The translations under genes and the position numbers were made by a program. Below the pieces are notes generated by a model that ran no database searches, was not told where the DNA came from, and saw only the letters and a list, made by a program, of their open reading frames with translations. 64,000 nt of DNA from Octopus vulgaris (lineage: Eukaryota). Location: contig OX597840.1 in NCBI GenBank assembly GCA_951406725.2, forward strand, positions 15,686,001 through 15,750,000. Reading direction: 5' to 3'. This document shows, in pieces, positions 53,468 to 64,000 of this stretch (its first letter is position 1; every line of letters begins with the position of its first letter).

Positions 53468-53520
<53 letters not shown>

Positions 53521-53931
53521 TATACACACACATATATATATATACATATTTATACACACATATATATATACACACACATATATGCACATAAATATATATA
53601 TATATATACACATATATATACACACATATATATAAATACACATATACACACACACACACACACATAAACATATATATAAATATACACACACACACACATA
53701 TGTTTATTGTCTGTGGCTAAAAGCCTTCCTACATATGCAACATGCCCTTACCAGCTGCCTAACAACCCTTATACCATTGAATGACTGCAAAACATGGAAT
53801 GTTTTTGGTAGTAAAACGACACTGTTATTGGAGTGGTGCTAGTGAAGTTATTGGAGTGGTGCTAGGGAAGTTTGGCAGGTTATAATGTTACCTTCATGCA
53901 AGTCACGTCAAAGGTTTTCTTTTGCCACACT

Positions 53932-53966
<35 letters not shown>

Positions 53967-54006
53967 TAGATACAAATATACATACTTGTGCATACATAGA
54001 CTTGTA

Positions 54007-54137
<131 letters not shown>

Positions 54138-55769
54138 ACATACAGATGCACATATATAGAGAGAGAAAGACAGAACTTCTTATGAATATGCATATATGTA
54201 TATACTGATATATGAACACACACACGCACACATATATATTTATACATGTACTCACAGACACACATTTGGTGACATTATTGTTATAATGCTGGTGAGGAAA
54301 CGGGTAAGTAGGGAAAATGGGGAGTTTACAAATTTGGAATGTACCCACATTGTAGGGAGGGGAGGGAGTTGATGATGATGATGACAAAAGGTAGGCTATA
54401 CATTACTGGTAATGAAGTGAACCTTGATTAAATGATTATGTTAACGATGACAGTAATGATACAGTGTTGAAATGTATGAAGGATGTGGTGGGGATGGTGA
54501 TTATAATTACAGCTGCAACAATGATAGTGATGATAGTAGTAGCAATGATGACTACTACTAGTACTACTACTATTACTACTGCAGCTAATATCGATGCTGG
54601 TAGTGGTAAGTGTAAATTGGGAATATCATTAATTATGAAATACATGAAATCACCTCTTCCCCCATTTACCATTTCTGGAATTCTCCAGATGTTCCCCACC
54701 CTGTTCTTTTTTTTCTTTCACTCTAAACAAAGGTACTGTAGTCCATATTAATTACATATATACATACATATAGAATACTGCAAATGAAAAAACAACAATA
54801 TTTCACATTTCATGATTTCATTTTGAACTCTACAGCTGTTTCAACAATAAAAATACAAACATCACCATCCACATAATTACTGAATATATTAAAAAAAAAC
54901 ATAATCTGAATGAGATGGTTAGACCATTTCATCAAGAGATGAAATTGAAATATGAAAAGCAAAATATCACACACACACACATACATACATCATCATACTC
55001 TAATGTCCGTTAAAGGATGATGCTGATGTTAGTGTATATGTGTGTATACATGCACACACACGTATATATATATACATATATACACATGCACCCATGCCAG
55101 CATGGAAGATGGACGTTAAGCAATGATGATGATATATATATATGTATGTATGTGTATGCGTGTATATATATATATAGTCTGGTGCACAAATAGCTTATTA
55201 AACCTGTGTCTGTATTGATACACACCGTGTATATATAATTTTTTTTTTCTTGTTTTAAAGCATTCAACTGTATATATATTTTACATACAGCTTGTATTGC
55301 AGGTTCTTCCTTTCATCAAGTATTAACATGTGATCAGAATGATTTAAGATCCCTTCCAGCCATGCAGCTCCCCCCATTGGTGCCATTTAGCTCTGATCCT
55401 ACAAAGAAATCGCTAGGGTTTTGTGCTCTGCAATATAACAAACCATTTTTTCATTTCATTATCCATGTGGCCATCACTCACATCAGGGTAGCCATATCAT
55501 TTAGGTAAATAGACAGCTATATACCTATGCACACACATACATGCATTTACACATACGTGTTATATAATATATAGTATTTGTGTGTGTTTGCTGGTTTGAA
55601 TGTCATGAAACTCCTTGAAAATTGCTTGTCCAAATTCTTGGCCATTAGAATCAAGCTATGATACAGAAGTAACTACAGAACTAAATATGTACTTATACAT
55701 ACACACACTCACACACAATGTTGTATAATGCTTCACATGCAAAAACACCATCTAACTATACACCTACCC

Positions 55770-56089
55770 TTTTACATATGCATATACACACATACACACA
55801 CATGCATATATATATATATATGCACACATACACACACACCCATGCACATGTTTTATTTTCTTTGATATATAAATATATATATACTTAACACACCTAAACA
55901 TACATATATATATACACACATATATAAATATATACATACATATATATATACACATAAATATATACATACATATATATACACATAAATATATACATACATG
56001 TTTATATACACAAATATATACATACATATATATATACACATAAATATATACATACACATATACATACATATATATATATATACATATAT

Positions 56090-56142
<53 letters not shown>

Positions 56143-56231
56143 TATACATACATATATATATATATAAATATATACATATATATATAAATATATACATACA
56201 TATATAAATATATACATACATATATAAATAT

Positions 56232-56264
<33 letters not shown>

Positions 56265-56500
56265 CATATATATAGATAAATATATACATATATACATACA
56301 TACATAAATATACACATACATATATACACACATACATATATAGATATATACATACATATATATATACATACATATATATATACATATATATATACACACA
56401 TATATATATACACATACATTTATATGCATACATATATATGCATACATATATATGTATACACACTCACACATACACACCCCTATGCATATATATATACTGC
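55770..56500. repeat. Compound (TA/CA/TACA)n low-complexity tract
   Basis: Direct inspection. Similar tracts lie at 28798-29220, 47590-48085, 49660-50130, 53030-53700 and 61015-61328. Confidence 0.95.
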
Positions 56501-57317
56501 ACATCCATACAAATAGCTATCACTTCAAGATTGTTTCCCCTTATCTCTCATAATTAGTGCCTACCCTGGCTTTCATTTTAAAATATTCCTACTTTTAACT
56601 AAACACTTCCCTTTTATTCTGACATTCTTCTCTTTCATCCTGTTCGTCTCTACCAACTCCTCTTTGATCATTAATATATCCATCTACCTTACTTACGTTT
56701 GATCTTCGTCACTTGAGACTTTAAATGTAGTCTTAGAGAGTTTTTGGTTATTGCCAGCAAAATTTTGGCACCAATTTAAATACACACACACACACACACA
56801 GCTCAGAGTTATCTGCTGGTCAGCAAGTTCTGTTATTGCCATGTTTTAATAGAAAAAAAAAACAACTTAAATAATTGAAGTAATAACATAAAATATAATA
56901 ACTATACCAAACATTGTGTTAGTTCACAATGGCTGTGTAGGTAAAACGTTTGCTTGGCATCCACACAGGTTTAGGTTCAGTCCCACTGCATGGCACATTG
57001 AACAAGTATCTTCTTTTAAAGCTAAGTTCAACCAAAACTGAAAGAAACCCATCATGTGTGTGTGTGTACTAGCTCTCATACACACGTACACACACATATG
57101 TGTGTGTGTATGTTTGCATGATTCTGTGTCGCCTTGTTCTGATATCATACACTAACTATAGAAGAATATTACCATTATACAAGCTATGCTGTTTGTTTTC
57201 AATATTCCATAAAATCATGTCATGGGGAAATATTAACTTGCTTCGAAACAAGCGAGGGTTGATGACAGGAAGAGCACCTAGCTTTTGAAAATTTTCAACA
57301 AATTTATTCAATTAAAT

Positions 57318-58089
57318 TAGTGGTTCTCAACCGGGGACTATATGACCCCTAGAGGTCCATGTAAGAGTTCTGGGGATCTACACAAGGAAAATAGTAAATT
57401 GGGGATTCACGGTAGTGTCTTAAAGGTCTGTGAAAAAAATGTTACTTTAGATGTATATATATGTATATATAGGCACAGGAGTGGCTGTGTGGTAAGTAGC
57501 TTCATTACCAACCACATGGTTCCGGGTTCATTCCCACTGCGTGTCACCTTGGGTAAGTGTCTTCTACTATAGCCTCGGGCCAACCAAAGCCTTGTGAGTG
57601 GATTTGGTAGATGGAAACTGAAAGAAGTCCATCGTATATATATATATAAATATATATATGTATGTGTGTGTGTGTATATGTTTGTGTGTCTGTGTTTGCC
57701 CCCCAACATCACTTGACAACTGATGCTGGTGTGTTTACATCCCTGTAACTTAGCGGTTCAGCAAAAGAGACTGATAGAATAAGCACTAGGCTTCCAAAGA
57801 ATAAGTCCTGGGGTCGATTTGCTCGACTAAAGGTGGTGCTCCAGTGTGGCCACAGTCAAATGACTGAAACAAGTAAAAGAGGTAAAAGAGATTGTAAGAA
57901 ACAGCTTGGTTTTTCTCTAACATTTTTACATACTTCAACCTACACAAGTTGATGTTTGAAAAACAAAGTCAGCATTTTGAAAGAAGTTACTATAAAACTA
58001 GTTTTTAAACATTGAATGGCTATGGGAGTCCACCAGAATGAAATAGTAATCAAAGGAGTCCACAGGCAAAGAAAGGTTGAGAACCACTG
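57318..58089. mobile_element. hAT (Charlie-like) MITE with a nested SINE
   Basis: TIRs tagtggttctcaacc / ggttgagaaccactg; 8-bp TSD aattaaat / agttaaat. Confidence 0.82.
57471..57890 (+). mobile_element. SINE family A nested in a hAT MITE
   Basis: Near-consensus full-length copy. Confidence 0.92.
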
Positions 58090-58448
58090 AGTTAAATAGA
58101 AGATTCAGTTATTGAAATGAGTGTCAAAAATATGTTATCTATGCAAACTATTCTACCAAGTTTAATTATATACCTTTAATCATAATGGGTTTGGATAGGT
58201 GAAGAAATCCCAACACAGGGCTGAAACTAGTCCAACTGGTTTGTCTTTTTCTGTTCATGAAACATCATCAAAAATAGATGCTTATGCCCATAAATATAGT
58301 GATGGTCAAAATCTATAGCTATGTATATATATTTAACCCATGCCAGCATGGAGAGTGGACATTAAACAGTGATGATGATATACATATATACCTATATATA
58401 TATATGCTTATATAAACACATACATATTCACATATAAACCTATATATA

Positions 58449-58755
58449 CATTCATACATACATACACATATAAACCTATATATATATATATCATCATGAT
58501 CATCGTTTAACATCTGTTTTCCATGGTAGCATGGGCTGGACAGTTTGACAGGGTCTGGGAAATTGCTGACGAGACTCAGCTGGCTTGGGAATTGTAATTC
58601 TCTAAGAATATTCAAGTATTTTGTTATTATTCTTTTTAGAAAGTACCAGAAATAGATTCACAACCTATAAGTGTTTCAAATAGATGTGCCCCTACATAAA
58701 ATTTCAACTACCTAGATGCAAACTAATGGCCTTGTAACTTGGAACCCACATACAA

Positions 58756-58789
<34 letters not shown>

Positions 58790-60109
58790 GGTGTTGGTAT
58801 ACTCCTTATGCAGAGTCAGACCACTGCTTGTACTTACATCTTAGATCTGTCATGGATTGACAAGGATTTCCAGTCAAGAACTGCCAGCAGAGAATACACA
58901 CACAACCACATCATCCAGTACACTAAATTCATTAAAAAACTTATATATCATGGACTCTCCTATCATAAAATGATGTATGAGGGTTCTGCAATGTAGCTTT
59001 TTAAACCAGACATTGTTTTGAAAAGACACCCACATAAATTGCATATCTGCTTTGGGTCACCAAGAACTGCAGTTAGATTCTGATCTTTGTGGATCTTAAA
59101 ATGTCTTTTGAGTCCTCCTGTTAGATTTGCAGACCTTATGGCATCCATGGCACTGAAAGGTGTGCACAGATAGATATGTGGAAGCCTGTTTTCCATGAGT
59201 CCGCAAATGAGATTTGAGCCCAGCAAAAGAAAGCATAGTTTGTCACAAATTGTACCCACAAAAAAGTGGTTGGGATTCATTTTCTTGTTGATTGTAGCAT
59301 TTTTCTTCAAACTTCTTTTGAGTTTCACATGGGTCAACACGTGTGTGTGTATGAAAGCACATGATTGTGAGACGGTGGTTTCAGTCCCCAGACCGGGCAT
59401 TGCATTGTTTGCTTGAGCAAAGCACTTCATCCTCACGTTGCTCTGCAATCATTTTGTCATCTGGTATGTGGTACATTGTGCACCTGTTGATTTGATGGAG
59501 GGAGTGAGCTCGTGTGAACACAAACATTTGATTACTGTAAACAAATCACGTGCATGGTTGTTCAATAAGAAATTGTCGAACCCTCATACATAGACTAACA
59601 AAGAGAGGGTGCATCATATATATATATATTTATTTATATATATGCCACTTTCAAGTGTAGCCAGGCTTATGGACCCAGTTTCCCAGTTTCTATAGCGTAT
59701 GTGTTTCCCCCATTCATACATGCATACACATATAAACCTATATATATATATATATATCATCATGATCATCATTTAACATCTGTTTTCCATGGTAGCATGG
59801 GCTGGACAGTTTGACAGGGGTCTGGGAAATTGCTGACGAGACTCAGCTGGCTTGGGAATTGTAATTCTCTAAGAATATTCAAGCATTTTGTTATTATTTT
59901 TTTTAGAAAGTACCAGAAATAGATACATAACCTATAAATGTTTCAAATAGATGTGCCCCTACATAAAATTTCAACTCCCTAGATGCAAACTAATGGCCTT
60001 GTAACTTGGAACCCACATACATACAAACACACACACACATATATATATATGGTGGCTGTCTACTCCTTATGCAGAGTCAGACCACTGCTTGTACTTACAT
60101 CTTAGATCT
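58449..60109. repeat. Local ~400-bp direct duplication (58449-58849 and 59711-60109)
   Basis: Near-identical blocks running from 'cattcataca' to 'cttacatcttagatctg'. Confidence 0.92.
58963..59330 (-). mobile_element. Degraded C2H2 zinc-finger-encoding fragment, probably a LINE 3' end
   Basis: Minus ORF contains GLKRHFKIH and CNLCGCLFKTMSGLKSYI. A related remnant (CNKMCKSLTGLKSHVR) lies at ~23538-23590. Confidence 0.5.
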
Positions 60110-61328
60110 GCTGGCATTTCATGACTGGAAATCCTTGTCACCATGGACCTGTTCACTCACTCAGGGTTGTACCGGGGCTAAACAACAACTACATTGACCA
60201 TGAACACATATACTTTTACTGAATTTGTTAAATGGACTCTAGCCATGCTAGAGCAACACCTTGAAGATTTTTAATGTAGTTGGTCATATTTACCCTCTAC
60301 TTATTTTATTGGTCTTTATTTGTCAAACTGTTAGGTTAAGTGAGGTATTGATGTATTGATATAAATATTGACACACACATGTACATGATCACTTTTTGTA
60401 CAGTTGCCATGTAAAGATGTAGTGGAAATAGTACACCCCCTCCCATAGGACAAGTGATATGAACCAGCCACTATAAAGTCAGACGACGTCAACCAGTATG
60501 GGGGAGTCATGTGTCAGTCGTTGTACGAGTTTACAGTCAAGGTAGATGGTTCAAATTCGGTGTCTTGCAGAGCTATCAGAGATAGCACAATGGACAAAGT
60601 GGTGTATTGCCATTTTGGTATAGAAGAGATATACTGTATCCGATATTAAGAAAATATCATGGCTACTACAGTAGATACAACAGCTACACTTACAACAGTA
60701 GCCACACATTATAACTGTGGAAAACACCACATCGTAACAAAAAATATCCTATTCATGGATATTAGTCAACAACCCACTACATTAGGGTCAACAGATGTGC
60801 CAAGAAGTGGGTTTGAACTGGGAACCACATTATTGCAAAGTCACTTTCTTACCCAAATGGCCCACACAAATACTGTAATCTTAATCAATACAGGAACTCA
60901 ATAGAAGATAGAGAAATTAAATTAATACAATTTATAATGGGCGTATTTTACTACTTCAAGTTTCACCAGTCAAATAACATAATAAAGCAGTGGAATATCA
61001 TATATCTTATACAAATACACACACATACATATATACATACACGTACATATATATACATACACACATGCACACATACATATGCACACACACACATGTATAT
61101 ACACACACACATATATACACATACATACACATATATATACATACACACACACATATACACACATACATATATATATAATATATATATATATATAGTATAT
61201 TATATATATATGTATGTGTATATATATAGTATATATATATATACATACACATATACACATACATATATATATATATATTTATATATATATGCACACACAG
61301 ACACATATATATATATACACATACATAT

Positions 61329-61561
61329 TAAGGCGGCGAGCTGGCAGAAACGTTAGCAAGCCGGGCGAAATGCGTGGCCATATTTCGTCTGCCGTTACGT
61401 TCTGAGTTCAAATTCCGCCGAGGTCGACTTTGCCTTTCATCCTTTCGGGGTCGATAAATTAAGTATCAGTTGTGCATTGGGGTCGATGTAATCGACTTAA
61501 TCCCTTTGTCTGTCCTTGTTTGTCCTCTCTGTGTTTAGCCCCTTGTGGGTAGTAAAGAAAT
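61329..61561 (+). mobile_element. SINE family B, near-consensus copy
   Basis: 'aaggcggcgagctggcagaaacgttagc...gagttcaaattcc' head plus a conserved 'gtcgactttgcctttcatcctttcggggtcgataaattaagtaccag'-type core, resembling my recollection of the Nin/Sauria-type SINE domain. Confidence 0.9.
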
Positions 61562-62129
61562 ATATATACACATACATATAAATATACACACACATTTATA
61601 TATGCATTCAAAATGAAAACAATGGTGTTTGCCGGAATGATTCTTTTAGATGTATCATAAATTGAAGCATTATCCTGTTATTCGGCTGAAGAATTTTGCC
61701 ATTTTCTGGTTTTACTTCATTGTATTCTCCTTGCTTCTCTTGCTGAGAATAATAACTACAACAGAAAAAAGTCAATTTAATTTGCTCTGAAACGGATGCA
61801 AGCCCCAAGAGAAACTCTACATTGCTAAAAACACCAGTCAAATATCCATCAAATCTCATCTTTTAAAACAAATGGCAACATTGGGTAATTAGAGAATTTT
61901 AAAAAAATTTTTTCAGAGGCTGGATCCAGAGGGAGAGGCAATGCTCATGGGGTTTGCAGTTCCTCCTCAGACCAGTGAGATTTGTGGTGCTTAAAATCCC
62001 TTCTTGTATCTTTGTAAGTCAAAGAAAGATAGGAGTAATGATGGAATTTCAGTGAAGGAAGGACTAGGAATTTAGGTTAGTGTGGGACCTGGTGAGTGGG
62101 GTGGATGGACATAAGAGTGACAAGAGGAG

Positions 62130-62612
62130 GAGGAGGGATGAGTGGAATGGAAATATCTGAATGGGTGGCGTGGGGGACATGAGCTCATTTGGTTCCTTCA
62201 GATGTGCCTCACAGAGGGGATGACAAGGGTTTAAGACTTCTGGTGGCTTGCTCTGCTTGAAAAGACACATCAAGCTAAGTAAGCTCAGGGTTTCCCTTGC
62301 ATACAGGCAGGTCCGTTGCAGCCCTCTTCCACTGAATGATCCTAATCTTGTGGGCTTGTGGGCTTGTGGGTGCTGGTTCCAGGTAAAAAGAACCCATACC
62401 AGTGCCATGTGAAATTGCCCATGCTGAAGCTGCATAAATGCACCCAGTAAACTCTGTAAGGTGGTTGGTGCTAAGAAGGGCATCCAGCTGTAGAAACTCT
62501 GCTAAAACTGACATGAAGCCCTGGCAGTTTTTTGGCTGACCAGCTCCTGTCAAACCATCCAACTCATGCCAGCATGGAAAATGGACACTAAATGATAATG
62601 GTAATGATGATG
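62130..62612 (+). mobile_element. Old RTE 3'-end remnant
   Basis: 'aagggcatccagctgtagaaac...ccatccaactcatgccagcatggaaaatggacactaaatgataatg' matches the RTE tail. Shorter tails occur at ~23250, 23455, 36640, 55090, 58335 and 58500. Confidence 0.7.
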
Positions 62613-62855
62613 AAGCAAAGTAGTGGTAGAAAATGTGAAGGAAGAACAGAGAACATAATGGTTATCAGGCAAGATTTTACAGCTGGATGTTTCTGCTGTC
62701 ATCAAACCTCGTTCCTTTTTTTCAAGCACGAATTTTTTTTTTTGTTCCACGCAAGTCTTTGAAAGTAATTATACATATAATCTATACATAATTTTTTAAT
62801 TTATTAAGAAAGAAAGATCTCAGCAGAATTTGAACTCAGTTTGTAGATATACAAA

Positions 62856-63750
62856 GGTGTAGCATGGCTATGTGGTTAAGAAGCTTGCTTTGCAACCACA
62901 TGGTTCTGGGTTCAGTCCCACTGCACAGCACGTTGGGCAAGTGTCTTCTACTATAGCCCCAAGATGACACTTGCCTTGTGAAACTGTGGAGGACCTGTAT
63001 GTGTATACATGGATGTGTGTGTGTGTTTGTGAGTGTGTGTGCATGCATCTGAACATGTCCTACCATCACTTAATCAGTGTCACTTTGTTTATAACCCTAA
63101 CTTAGCAATTCAACAAAAGAGTCTGATAAAATAAGCACTGAATTTTAAAGAAATGAGTAATGGGGTGGTGGCAATTTGTTTTCCTATACCCTTCAAGGTA
63201 GTGCTCCAGCAAGGCCACAGTCCAATGACTGAGACAAGTAAAAGATAGGACATCCAACTATCTACCAGCAAGCATTTTGTCCGTCAAGTGTACCAATTCT
63301 TCCAGTCTGCCACCCTCAGTTTTGTTATAAGGAAAGGTCAAGTCGCAACACAAGCTACTTTGATGGTTGATGGAAAAATTAGGCATGGCTGTGTGGTAAG
63401 AATTCTGCTTCCCAACCACCTGGCATCTTGAGTAAGTGTCTTCTGCTATAGCCTCAGGCCAACTAAACTGAGTGGATTTGGTAGATGGAAACTGAAAGAA
63501 GCTCTCTGTATGTATATATGTATATGTCTATGTGTGTCTTTGTGTCTATATTTGACCCCCATCACCATTTGACAACCAGTGTTGGTTTGTTTACATCCCC
63601 TATAACTTAGCAATTCAGCAAAAGAGACCGATAGAATAAGTACTAGGCTTAAAAAAAGTCCTGGGGTCAATTTGTTCGACTAAACCTGTCAAGGCAGTGC
63701 TCCAGCATGGCCACAGTCAAATAACTGAAACAAGTAAAAGAATAAAAGAA
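62856..63750 (+). mobile_element. Two tandem family-A SINE copies (62856-63248 and 63381-63750)
   Basis: Head, body and tail blocks present in both. Confidence 0.85.
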
Positions 63751-64000
63751 TTATATTTGGAAGATTACAAAAATAAGTTGTTACATAAAAATTATGATGG
63801 AAGTTTCTAATTTAGACAGGAATATTCTAAAACAGGAAATTTTCTATCACAGAACCAGGAAGCAGTCCAAAAAAGGAGAGGTAGGTCCAAAAAGAGATTA
63901 AAGATGACAGTCAATCTAATTATGGAAATTTGATTATTATTAAATTAAGACATAAGGCAGCAAGCTGGATAAGAAGCTTAGCAGTATTTTGCCTGTCGCT

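Overview
This is AT-rich, repeat-dense eukaryotic DNA. The SINE families, microsatellite load and LINE types point to a coleoid cephalopod (Octopus-like); that assignment is inference. The only host gene visible is the 3' end of a synaptotagmin-7 orthologue on the + strand: two C2B-domain exons (4095-4209 and 47247-47551) separated by a 43,037-bp phase-1 intron. An ~8-kb microsatellite-rich, SINE-depleted stretch follows and may be a long 3' UTR. The intron contains three tRNA-derived SINE families, RTE-clade LINEs (one with an RT ORF carrying a PHD-like finger), non-autonomous Helitrons, and piggyBac- and hAT-type MITEs. The most interesting signal is at least four sequence-unrelated fold-back elements (4.9, 28.5, 38.9 and 44.7 kb) with one architecture: an inverted copy, a one-sided tail, and a minimal type-I hammerhead-ribozyme motif. 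This resembles non-autonomous Penelope-like elements. Some cores are non-canonical, including a G3:C8 compensatory swap, and one family has a tRNA-like head. Separately, several TE copies form head-to-head hairpins centred on (TA)n tracts. Nearly all ORFs in the supplied track are microsatellite or SINE artefacts.
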